Shown: positions 52,072 through 61,104 of the stretch, piece by piece | How the letters are laid out: every line of letters starts with the position of its first letter | Position numbering within the stretch: position 1 is the first letter of the stretch | Source of the DNA: Methanobacteriota archaeon | GTDB taxonomy: Archaea > Thermoplasmatota > Thermoplasmata > SG8-5 > JAGLSY01 | Assembly (NCBI GenBank): GCA_020697715.1 | Contig: JAEHCO010000001.1 | Span: 874,149-938,148 of the forward strand | Reading direction: 5' to 3' | Length of the DNA: 64,000 nt | The notes under the pieces: generated by a model | Database searches by the model: none | Seen by the model: the letters and a program-made list of their open reading frames with translations, nothing else | Told to the model about the DNA's origin: nothing | Program-made: the position numbers and the translations under genes

Positions 52072-55000
52072 AGGTGTCACCATTACCCCAGTTCGCATCA
52101 TCGAGAACTGTTAGGACATCTCCAGATGCTGTTATCGGGAATGAGACAAAGACCCAATCCCCTGGCGCGGCTGTGCTGGTGTCGATGCCATATGGCACTG
52201 CTGGAGTTCCACCAGGCTCCTGCACAGCATTGGTGTTGGTATCTTCATTGCCAAGGACATCCTCGCCCCTGACCACGTACCACCACAATGTTCCATCTGG
52301 TAGTCCTTTGTCCAGATCTGTGTATATGCCTGTGCCTGCTGGTACACTGGCTATGTAAGCTCCTGCATCCCATGGGCCAGCTGCATTATCAGCTCTATAA
52401 ATGTTGTATTGAACCAGATCATCTGCTCCTGCTCCATCATCGCCGGATAAGGTCCAGTTGACAGTATTGTGATCATCTGGATTGGTTATCAGGGACCAGC
52501 TAAAGCCATCTATTCTGGTGTCGCGGGCTGTCGTGCCCCATTCTATCGTACTACCACCCTGGCCTGTTCCTGCCACTACCAGGTAGTAATTGCAGGTCCA
52601 TTCACTCGCATCAAGCTGGCTGGCTCCAAGTACATTTGTTGTGAATGTCGCCCTTTCCGCGGTAGGTGGTGAGCTTGTGGATGCGTATAATCTAACGACT
52701 ATCGAGTCGCCCAGGTCCAACTGAGTTGCTGGTGGTGTCCAGGTAGCGGTGTTTATTCCTTCCGATGAAACTGTTCTTCCAGCAATACCAACTGCAGTTC
52801 CGGATGTGATCTCAGTCTCTACACCTCCACTGTCCCTCTGCCAGACCCTTATGCCTGCATAGACTGGAGCACGGTTACCCAGATTACCTCCGCTCTGCAT
52901 TGTTGCTGACTGGGTGGTACCAAGTAAATTGGCTGCCAATCCATTGACATTGACTTCACTGGATACACCTCTCATGTATCTTGTCTCTATGGTCGAGTCA
53001 CCAGGACCCCAGTACTCCACTGTTAGGTCGCTGGTCGATGCAACTCCTGCATCGACTATCGCGGTGTCTGTTACAGTAGCTGGTCCTGATCCGTCATCCG
53101 CGTCATCGTATGTCGCGGTAATGACATCATTGTGAGATACCTGGAGTATTCCTGCTCCATTGGTAGCTGATATCGTGATGGTTCCCTGGAATGTGCTGGT
53201 GTCATCTCCAGTTTCTGTGAGTGTAACAGTTTCAACACCAGTTTCTGTGTCACTGTCGATGTCCACGACAACGGTCTGAGGTGAGTTGGTGTTCGTATTG
53301 AGATCCCAGTCCATTACCTGGATCATCACTGTGTCCTCGCCAGCATATAATTCTTCATCTAGCTGAATAGAACCTTGAGAGGTGATTGGTATCATTCCAC
53401 CAGATACGACAAGAGAGAAGTCCTGGGGGCCCTGGGCTACGTCCCCAGTTCGTCCATATACTTCCACTGTCCAGATACCGCTCTGTGGGTTCTGAACGAA
53501 GACATTTTCCAGATTGTTGAGGTCATCTCTGTGATCCGAGCCCCACTGGTTCGCTCCTGTTCCAGAAGCTGAGTAAAGGCTTGTCCACAAGCCATTGTTA
53601 CCATAATATTCCACTCCACCTGGTGATATGACCTTCAGGTCTAGGTTATTGATCAATGCTCTTGCCGCATTGGTGGTTCCAAGTGCGGCAGGGTCTGTCC
53701 AGGCAAGTGAGATCTTCAATGGGTAAGTACCATCGACATAGGTCTGGCGTGAGTACATATTGCCTGAGTCCAGTGCCTGTGGGTATTCATCAATTTGATG
53801 ATACTGAGCTCCCAGATTATACATGTATTCCATGTCTGGTGTTCCCCAGCCCTGCTCATTTCTTGTTGCATCTCCCAGATCATACTGGTATGCATCTGCC
53901 ACCAAGAGGGCCTTGATAGTGCTTGAATAAGGAAGTTCTCCCAATGGGTTTGTATCGAAGTAATTCTCCTGCCACATATCATAGGCGATAACAGCTGAAC
54001 CAGCTACGATGGGCGTCGCGCCACTTGTTCCACCAAAGTCATCATAATAATCACCACTAGCATAGCCGCCAACTCTGTTGTCCACCGTGTATATCCAGTC
54101 AAATGGCGCGCACATCTCCGGCTTCTGTCTGCCATCTGCGGCTGGTCCTCTTGAAGGTGTATTTCCCTGTGATTGCAAAAGCCACTCATCATCCGCCATG
54201 TTCGCGGTGTTCTTGTGGAATATGGCTCCTATTGCCATGACGTTCTTTGCACAGGCATCTTCGCTGAGATCTCCCTCGGCGGTTCCATCATTACCATTGC
54301 CGTTTGCCCAGAGAGATAGGACCTTTGGATAATCCACTGCTGCCTGATCATCAGCTGCAGCATTTATCTGATATAGTCCATCCTGTGTTCCGGAGCTCCA
54401 TGAATTTGATTGGACGATGCCGTTCATCCCGGCACTTCCTTCATTGAAATTTCCATTCCAGAGATTTTCAATGGAAGTGTATCTTCCAGTTCCCCAGTCG
54501 GAGAAAACACCCACTGCTTCATAAGCAATTCCAAGTGCGTCGATGTCACCAGCTCCATTTCCGAAGACGATACCTGATGTGCAGGTGCCGTGATCATCAT
54601 TTGATACTGATCCATCTGTGTATATGACATTAGCGAGATCCGGATGGCCAATGTCTATTCCATTGTCCTGAACTTCGGCCAGCATACCAGCGCCAGTGAA
54701 TCCCACTGCTTCGGTGGTATCATGACCCATGAATGTATTGGATGTGATAAGATTCATATATGCTTCTGGCTCCGCATCATGGCCGACAGATCTGACCTCT
54801 TGGATCTCAGCGATGGAATTGATCTTGGATGCGTCTATCGTGCATCTTAGGTATGTGAAACCTGTATTGACCTTGATATCACTGGCTCCCAGTTCCTCCA
54901 GGGATGCCATTGTTCTGAGTATTCCAGCATCTTCATGCAGGACCACTATGACATCGGTCATGCCGGACTTTCCATCCAGGTCTGGATTGATCTTCATTGA

Positions 55001-55288
55001 GGAGATATATGGTTGAATATTATTCGAATATGTCATAAGAAGTCCATTTGATGATATGTCTCCCTTGACCAGGTAGGTTCCATCGTTCATGTAGTTCAGG
55101 AATTCAATACCTGTACTTTCGATGAAGCTCCTCTGCTCGCCATTCGGTAGTTCCGAAAAGCTAACCAGGAAGTACCCATCATCCGTGTCCACATCTGCTA
55201 AAGTGATCGAGCTTGCTGGTATCAGTAAACTAATTGATATCACAGCTACAAATATCAAGCCCACAAATCTATTGCCCATTTTTTCCAT
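51656..55288 (-). CDS. Secreted S8 subtilase, 1210 aa
   Basis: Triad VQDNG / DHGTC / GGTSGATP, oxyanion ANGNG, DGRQKPE; ends WTVDW. Confidence 0.9.
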   Translation of the reverse strand: MEKMGNRFVGLIFVAVISISLLIPASSITLADVDTDDGYFLVSFSELPNGEQRSFIESTGIEFLNYMNDGTYLVKGDISSNGLLMTYSNNIQPYISSMKINPDLDGKSGMTDVIVVLHEDAGILRTMASLEELGASDIKVNTGFTYLRCTIDASKINSIAEIQEVRSVGHDAEPEAYMNLITSNTFMGHDTTEAVGFTGAGMLAEVQDNGIDIGHPDLANVIYTDGSVSNDDHGTCTSGIVFGNGAGDIDALGIAYEAVGVFSDWGTGRYTSIENLWNGNFNEGSAGMNGIVQSNSWSSGTQDGLYQINAAADDQAAVDYPKVLSLWANGNGNDGTAEGDLSEDACAKNVMAIGAIFHKNTANMADDEWLLQSQGNTPSRGPAADGRQKPEMCAPFDWIYTVDNRVGGYASGDYYDDFGGTSGATPIVAGSAVIAYDMWQENYFDTNPLGELPYSSTIKALLVADAYQYDLGDATRNEQGWGTPDMEYMYNLGAQYHQIDEYPQALDSGNMYSRQTYVDGTYPLKISLAWTDPAALGTTNAARALINNLDLKVISPGGVEYYGNNGLWTSLYSASGTGANQWGSDHRDDLNNLENVFVQNPQSGIWTVEVYGRTGDVAQGPQDFSLVVSGGMIPITSQGSIQLDEELYAGEDTVMIQVMDWDLNTNTNSPQTVVVDIDSDTETGVETVTLTETGDDTSTFQGTITISATNGAGILQVSHNDVITATYDDADDGSGPATVTDTAIVDAGVASTSDLTVEYWGPGDSTIETRYMRGVSSEVNVNGLAANLLGTTQSATMQSGGNLGNRAPVYAGIRVWQRDSGGVETEITSGTAVGIAGRTVSSEGINTATWTPPATQLDLGDSIVVRLYASTSSPPTAERATFTTNVLGASQLDASEWTCNYYLVVAGTGQGGSTIEWGTTARDTRIDGFSWSLITNPDDHNTVNWTLSGDDGAGADDLVQYNIYRADNAAGPWDAGAYIASVPAGTGIYTDLDKGLPDGTLWWYVVRGEDVLGNEDTNTNAVQEPGGTPAVPYGIDTSTAAPGDWVFVSFPITASGDVLTVLDDANWGNGDTSWEVVCWYDPADASDHWKTYDKAQFAAGLAQDMPSVDNAKGMWVKLTTAGALLSVGEGQEPTNTDITLNTGWNLIGYPAQDDSSYDVGDLKADTGATSVEGYGAGPYNIITLANNYVLQRGEAYWVKVGSGTIWTVDW

Positions 55289-55503
55289 TCAATCCATCTC
55301 CACTAATTACCATAACTTAACGATTGCAGAATATATAATACTAATCCCCAATATTGATACATACTATTGTGACATAGATGCATATTGGTACAATTTATGT
55401 AGCTATTTCGTAGACAATTTATCTGATCATAAATTAAACATATAATAATTCAATAACTCTAATATCAAACTCTAATAACAAATTAATAATTTAAAATAAA
55501 AGA

Positions 55504-55529
55504 GTTGAAGGGCGGTTAGGCCCTTCAAT
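55504..55529 (-). terminator. Terminator hairpin
   Basis: gttgaagggc-ggttag-gcccttcaat. Confidence 0.7.
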
Positions 55530-55559
55530 TGTTCGATGGCTAATCTTAATTTGTTGCTC

Positions 55560-58500
55560 CTACATCACAAAGAGCATTACCCAGTCCCAATCATCCATCC
55601 ATCCAGGTATGGTTCCAGCTGGATCAATGTAGAACTCTCCCCAAGGAGTCAGGTATTGATTGCCGGGTATTCCTCCTTCAAATACACCCAGATCCTGCAT
55701 TCCCATGGAATTGAGGGTCAGCATCTCAGATCCCATTCCGGGAGTTATGCTGAAGGTTCCATCAAAGGGCATTCCAGGTGGAGGTGGGAAGAACATTACG
55801 TCACTGGACCACCAATCCATTGGCCCATCTGCATGTTCGAAATATCCCTGTGCCAGCATACCATCCCTGTCAAGGAATACATATTCTGCCAGGAAGGGAA
55901 CTCCTATTGGAACCGGACTTCCGTCTGGAGGACTGGTCATCATGACCTCATAAGGCACACCACAAACAACATCCTGTATTGACATGCCAGCTCCAACATT
56001 GACATAGGTGTAATTGTAGCCATTGTTGCCGTATGGCATCTCGAAGGTGGCATTGACGAATATAACATCTCCATCCGTGTAGTTCATGATGTCCACGGAG
56101 TACTGTCCTGTTGGTATTGTCACTGTGTTTCTGGTATTCCATGCTCCCAAATTCCTGTCGAACCATGTCACTGCCACATCCGCGCCTGTTGATTGCAGTG
56201 GATTGTAGAAACCACCGCTGAACCCATCATATAGATACACTGTTCCAAATACTGGGTATGGGTCAGAGATCACGGCTGGAGCATTCAATTGCCACAGTAC
56301 ATTGGATGAGGAATACACCCAGTATGCATTTCCGTGTGTCATCAGCACTGTGTCGAGCATCACTGTATCGGTAATCTTATAGGGCTGGCCAGTATCGTAA
56401 TATGATATCATGGTCACCTGTGGGGGTAATGTATCGGATGCCATCTGCGAGATCATATCTGGATATCCAATAAGATTCCAGCCAGCATACAGCATGAACT
56501 CCGCATCCGCTGGGTCGTCGCCGCCAATACCAGTTGTCAGATATTGATCGCCAGTATTGCCTGTTATGTGTATCCATAATCCCATCGTATTGTCAAGGTC
56601 TGGCATGGTCTGAACACCCGGGAAGTCCTTGTCGTAGAACTTCCAGTGATCATTGAAATCTGTTGGGTCATACCATTTCAAATGGTCCCAAGTTATGCCT
56701 CCATCACCCCATGCATGCAGTGAGTCATCCAGCACCGTGGTGGCCGGCCCGTTCATCTCAGATGGGAAGGATATGAACCTCCATGCCGGCCATGGTCCTG
56801 CTGGATCGGATATCGTTATATTGTATGGGTCTGGCCCTGGTATGATGATGCCAGGAGCCTCAGGTATTATCAATCTTGATGGTGTCGAATCATTATCATA
56901 TCCAAGAATGAACTCTGGAGCTGGTTTATCATAATGGATGGTCGCGGCAAGGTAGTTGACACTCACCTGCATTCTGGATGTTGTCTCGTACACACCCCAT
57001 CTAATTCTATTTCCTGAGACATAGTTTCCTGGGTCAACGGTTATGCTCCTGGTCATCGTGATATCAACGCCAGTGGCTCCATACATCGTGGTCCCGATGG
57101 GCTCCCAGTATGATCCGGTGGATTGGTCCTCGACCCATATTTGATAGTCGCTGTCATCATCGCCCTGACCGACGAATGTCAGGTCTATTTGGGTGATATA
57201 AGCTGGATCCTCCAGCACCTCCATCGAGTTCCATATGAATATCTCATCCTGGTTGCCAGGGTCTACCGATACGGCCCAGTCACTGTCCGTAACAGATGCG
57301 GAAACATACTGAGCATCCGTGAACTCAGGGGCTGAATTGTAATCAGGTCCTGTTCCCACAGAGCATGAGTTGGTGTCCATGAAGTAGCAATAATCCGGCG
57401 GTGTTGCCTCGGTATCTCCAACATAATCATATGTCGTGGAACCTGCTCCGCCACCGCCAGCCGTTGCATCAAGCCAGATCTCAACAAATACGCGATCACC
57501 TGCTGATATGGTGGTCGCAGGTATGGTATCTGTCCAGCTGAATTCCGTGTATGAATATCTGGCATACACGTCTGTCGGGCATTGTGCTGGAGTTGGGTTC
57601 AGAAGTGTCATTGAGGGGTACTCGTAGATCTTGGCATACAGTGTGCCGGAGACATCCTCCGTGGTAACTCTCCCTTCAATGAAGAAATGCCAGTCACCAT
57701 CAACATCCGTATCCTGTGCATATGGATCAGTCATCCATCCTACATCCCCTACATGATATTGACCTGCAGCAGGTATCGGGCCTGTTGTGTTCGTCATGAT
57801 ACTTGCTTGATCTGGATCTGCTGGTAACAGGGACATATCTATCCCGAAGGAGTTCTCCACATGCAGATAATATTGCTCACCAACATAGATCGTTATCGAG
57901 TAAATATTTCCCCAGTTGGCATCCGAGTCAAGTGCATGCACAAATATAGTATGCACTTCTCCAGCCAGCCAGCCCTCAGCAGATATGTCAATTGTGGCAT
58001 ATCCATCCTCATTGGGGCTGTCATATGTACCATCAGATGGTGTGACCAATGTGCCAGTTCCATCTACTCCTACAGTATCAATGAAATATTCAGCATCAAC
58101 TATATTTTGGATATCGGAGAAAGATGTGTAAACTGTTGTCGTGGCCGCTCCACCTGTTGGATTCGGGTCAGCGTATCCTGAAGCAACTGGCCCGCCACCT
58201 ATATCGAAGCTGCCGCTTACCACCAGGGCGAAGTCCTGATCGGTAGCTGGTGTAGCTGAGACAGAGTCCTGCTGTATGTCCGTTCCATTGACATAGATAC
58301 TCCACTGGCCGATCTCTGGTGTCTGGACATTGACACATTCCACATTGTTTAGTGTATCTGCAACTGGGACTGGAGAGGGAAATGCCCATCCTCCTACGAA
58401 CAAGTTGCCATTATACACTAATCCACTTGGAGAAATAACTGTAAGATCTATATCATTTATCAGTGCTTTTCCAGTACCTGTGTTCGAAGGTGCGGCCACA

Positions 58501-59741
58501 TCTGTCCAGGCCGTAGTTATCTTCAATGGCTGTGAGACACTGTTTATGAAGATAGTATCATATAACTGACTGATTCCAGTTTCAAGAAGGATATTCTGAT
58601 CATCATAATAAATATCGAATCCAGGCTCTATCATATTGGTCAAATTCACTCTGCCCCATCCCTCATCGTTGTTAGGGATATCGGATGTTGCCATATCGGT
58701 CGCACCATTGATCATCGCGGCTCTTGATATTGCGGGACTGGGCATAGCTCCGTTCACATCATTGTAATACTGTGCAAAGACCGCTACAGCACCAGTTCCG
58801 ATGGCTGCTGATCCTCCTGTTCCTGTTGTATATTGATAATCTGCATTGATCGCCTCATTCCCTGTAACAGCCCCTGGATAGTGGGATGTCACTCCAGAGC
58901 CCCAAGACGCTGGAGCTACAAGATCAGGCTTTATTCTACCATCAGCAGTGGGCCCAGTCGGGGATACAGAATATATCTCTTCAATATTGTCTGCATCTAA
59001 ACTCTTGTGAGGTTTGTATCCCTCGCTCACAGCTATTGCCAGGCTGTTCTTTCCGCAGGCACTTTCCATCACATCTGCATTTCCGGGGGCCATAATGTTC
59101 AGTAATGGCTGGTCTCCTGGTGTTGTAGAATCTGCATCTCTGGCCGCCGTATCTATCTTATTGGCATTCAAACCATATTCACCAATTGCCCCGCCTCCCC
59201 ATGAATTGGATAGAGCAAAGGTTCCTCTTTGACTGGCATCAGTGAATACATCGGCGATATCTCCGTTGAACCATGCAGCGCCATCGCCAAAGACCCGCTC
59301 GGTTATTATGCTAGCTCCTGGAGCCACACCAAGGCCGTAGAGCTTTCCATCCACTGGGTCAAATTGACCACTGGATCCATCTCCAGCCATCCAACTGACG
59401 AAAGGAGTGCTCATTCCATAGGAATCCTCGGCGACACCATCTGAGGCATCGACCTCGCACCAGTCAACCCAATGGTCAACTCTTCCTGCAAAGTCAGTGA
59501 AAAGGGCGGGTGTACCACCATCTCCAGTGTCCAGGCCAGTACCCACCTCTCCTATGAGGATACCCGTACCATCGTATCCTAATCCTTGTGCCCTGGTCGC
59601 TCCTGTTATATCTGTTAGAACTTCCCCCGCACTGACATTCTCCGTTGTATCGAAGGTGGTAAAAGGAACCACCATCATCAAACTCAAAATTATTACTATC
59701 AACTTACCCACATTTGCTGCTCTATCTTCCATTAATGTCAT
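55560..59741 (-). CDS. Secreted S8-fold pseudo-peptidase, 1393 aa; the shared domain is internal and followed by an extra C-terminal module
   Basis: S8 scaffold motifs are kept (SNSWG, GPTADGRIKPDLVAP, AAMINGA, EGWGRVN), but the triad positions read EVGTG, YGMST and TGTGG. Confidence 0.82.
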   Translation of the reverse strand: MTLMEDRAANVGKLIVIILSLMMVVPFTTFDTTENVSAGEVLTDITGATRAQGLGYDGTGILIGEVGTGLDTGDGGTPALFTDFAGRVDHWVDWCEVDASDGVAEDSYGMSTPFVSWMAGDGSSGQFDPVDGKLYGLGVAPGASIITERVFGDGAAWFNGDIADVFTDASQRGTFALSNSWGGGAIGEYGLNANKIDTAARDADSTTPGDQPLLNIMAPGNADVMESACGKNSLAIAVSEGYKPHKSLDADNIEEIYSVSPTGPTADGRIKPDLVAPASWGSGVTSHYPGAVTGNEAINADYQYTTGTGGSAAIGTGAVAVFAQYYNDVNGAMPSPAISRAAMINGATDMATSDIPNNDEGWGRVNLTNMIEPGFDIYYDDQNILLETGISQLYDTIFINSVSQPLKITTAWTDVAAPSNTGTGKALINDIDLTVISPSGLVYNGNLFVGGWAFPSPVPVADTLNNVECVNVQTPEIGQWSIYVNGTDIQQDSVSATPATDQDFALVVSGSFDIGGGPVASGYADPNPTGGAATTTVYTSFSDIQNIVDAEYFIDTVGVDGTGTLVTPSDGTYDSPNEDGYATIDISAEGWLAGEVHTIFVHALDSDANWGNIYSITIYVGEQYYLHVENSFGIDMSLLPADPDQASIMTNTTGPIPAAGQYHVGDVGWMTDPYAQDTDVDGDWHFFIEGRVTTEDVSGTLYAKIYEYPSMTLLNPTPAQCPTDVYARYSYTEFSWTDTIPATTISAGDRVFVEIWLDATAGGGGAGSTTYDYVGDTEATPPDYCYFMDTNSCSVGTGPDYNSAPEFTDAQYVSASVTDSDWAVSVDPGNQDEIFIWNSMEVLEDPAYITQIDLTFVGQGDDDSDYQIWVEDQSTGSYWEPIGTTMYGATGVDITMTRSITVDPGNYVSGNRIRWGVYETTSRMQVSVNYLAATIHYDKPAPEFILGYDNDSTPSRLIIPEAPGIIIPGPDPYNITISDPAGPWPAWRFISFPSEMNGPATTVLDDSLHAWGDGGITWDHLKWYDPTDFNDHWKFYDKDFPGVQTMPDLDNTMGLWIHITGNTGDQYLTTGIGGDDPADAEFMLYAGWNLIGYPDMISQMASDTLPPQVTMISYYDTGQPYKITDTVMLDTVLMTHGNAYWVYSSSNVLWQLNAPAVISDPYPVFGTVYLYDGFSGGFYNPLQSTGADVAVTWFDRNLGAWNTRNTVTIPTGQYSVDIMNYTDGDVIFVNATFEMPYGNNGYNYTYVNVGAGMSIQDVVCGVPYEVMMTSPPDGSPVPIGVPFLAEYVFLDRDGMLAQGYFEHADGPMDWWSSDVMFFPPPPGMPFDGTFSITPGMGSEMLTLNSMGMQDLGVFEGGIPGNQYLTPWGEFYIDPAGTIPGWMDDWDWVMLFVM

Positions 59742-59932
59742 CTCCTCTAAACTAAATTTCTGATATTATCTATCAAATCTATTTTCGCTTATATATAACT
59801 AATCTGTAGATAACCTACTTATACACCATAACGATAGAAAAGTATCCGATAGCGTCTGAGCTAAGTGGGAAAGGTATAAATAGCCCAAATCCGATTATTC
59901 GGGTAGTACATAGATCGACATTGGTGCTGTTC

Positions 59933-60097
59933 ATGGAGAAAGAGATACACCTCAAAATAGACAAGAACGACCCGGACATGACCCTGAGGGCTGTCATGGA
60001 GAAGATCCAGGAGCTTCAAGCAGATAATCCTGGTCTAGAGGTATTCTTCGATGGCGATGAATATGCCATATGCAGTCGACCAAAAAGAGAAATATAA
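59933..60097 (+). CDS. Small hypothetical protein, 54 aa (absent from the ORF track)
   Basis: ATG at 59933 after GGTG; translates to MEKEIHLKIDKNDPDMTLRAVMEKIQELQADNPGLEVFFDGDEYAICSRPKREI; directly upstream of hypB. Confidence 0.7.
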   Translation: MEKEIHLKIDKNDPDMTLRAVMEKIQELQADNPGLEVFFDGDEYAICSRPKREI

Positions 60098-60115
60098 TAT
60101 TTTTAGAGGGATATC

Positions 60116-60766
60116 GTGCATAAAGTTGTTGATGTGGAGCTGGGCGCAGATCTTCTGGAAGCAAATGATCGAATAGCCAGAGATAATCACAAACTTATGG
60201 AAACGAACAATGTGAGGTCCTTTGATCTCATTGGCTCAATTGGCTCTGGGAAGACAATGCTCATCGAGACCATTGTGGATATTCTCAATAAGCGCGGGAT
60301 AAAAGCCGGGGTCATATGCGGCGATGTGGCTGGTGATGATGATTTCAAAAGAGTTGCTGGCCATGATGTGGATGTCAAGAATCTCAATACTGGAAAAGAA
60401 TGCCATCTCGATGCTCATCTGGTCGATCATACATTGGAAAAGTTCAACCTCGAGGAATTGGATGTCATGCTCATTGAGAATGTGGGAAACCTCGTATGCC
60501 CTGGAGACTTCTGGCTCGGCACTGATAAGAGAGTGGCGGTCGTATCGGTCACGGAGGGCGATGACATGATAAGAAAACACCCGATAATCTTCGGACTGGC
60601 TGATATAATTGTCATAAACAAGGTAGACCTTGCGGAGGTCATAGAGGTGGATCCACAAGTCTTGGTGTCCGATGCTGCTCGAATAGCTCCCGGGAAACCA
60701 GTCATACTCACGGATGCGAAAAGAGGTGCCGGCGTGGAAGAATTGATGGCCGCAATGGGAATTTGA
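60116..60766 (+). CDS. hypB: Hydrogenase nickel incorporation GTPase
   Basis: GSIGSGKT, NTGKECHLDA, IENVGNLVCP, SVTEGDD and NKVD motifs. Confidence 0.93.
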   Translation: MHKVVDVELGADLLEANDRIARDNHKLMETNNVRSFDLIGSIGSGKTMLIETIVDILNKRGIKAGVICGDVAGDDDFKRVAGHDVDVKNLNTGKECHLDAHLVDHTLEKFNLEELDVMLIENVGNLVCPGDFWLGTDKRVAVVSVTEGDDMIRKHPIIFGLADIIVINKVDLAEVIEVDPQVLVSDAARIAPGKPVILTDAKRGAGVEELMAAMGI

Positions 60767-60846
60767 GGCCAAAAACACCCATTTTATGCCTGAAATAAAG
60801 AATAGTTTAATAAACCCCTTCCGTGATTAGCCTCCAGGTGAATTAT

Positions 60847-60987
60847 ATGGTAGAAGCATATTGTGTAAAATGTAGAAAGAAGGTAGAAATGAAAGGCGCA
60901 AAGAAGATCACGATGAAGAACGGAAAGCCAGCACAGAAGGGTTCATGCCCAGACTGTGGCACCGGTGTCTTCAGAATCGGCGCATAA
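60847..60987 (+). CDS. Small basic zinc-ribbon protein, 46 aa (DUF5679-like; absent from the ORF track)
   Basis: AGGTGA RBS; MVEAYCVKCRKKVEMKGAKKITMKNGKPAQKGSCPDCGTGVFRIGA; own terminator hairpin at 61007-61033. Confidence 0.85.
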   Translation: MVEAYCVKCRKKVEMKGAKKITMKNGKPAQKGSCPDCGTGVFRIGA

Positions 60988-61006
60988 CCGTTTTCTACCT
61001 ATCATA

Positions 61007-61040
61007 ATGGCGCTGCATTTTGTGTAGCGCCATCCTTTTC
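61007..61040 (+). terminator. Terminator hairpin
   Basis: atggcgctgca / tgtagcgccat followed by ccttttc. Confidence 0.7.
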
Positions 61041-61104
61041 CCCATCCTTTTCTAATACAATTGTCACGAAACTAATATATATGCTGAGCATTTCCCTGGA
61101 CTTA

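Noticed and set aside
34986-52200. Diversity-generating retroelement (TR/VR pair) as the explanation for the repeated 3' ends
   Set aside because: No reverse transcriptase is in the window, both copies are coding, the 3'-most 417 bp are invariant, and the few mismatches are not exclusively at adenines.
34944-55529. CRISPR array or REP family from the repeated GAGAG hairpins
   Set aside because: Copies are kilobases apart, one behind each gene, which fits terminators. No regularly spaced repeat-spacer array or cas gene is seen in the window.
60116-60766. hypB as evidence of a hydrogenase locus or of LarA cofactor maturation
   Set aside because: No hydrogenase, hypA or larBCE genes are in the window, so no link can be supported.
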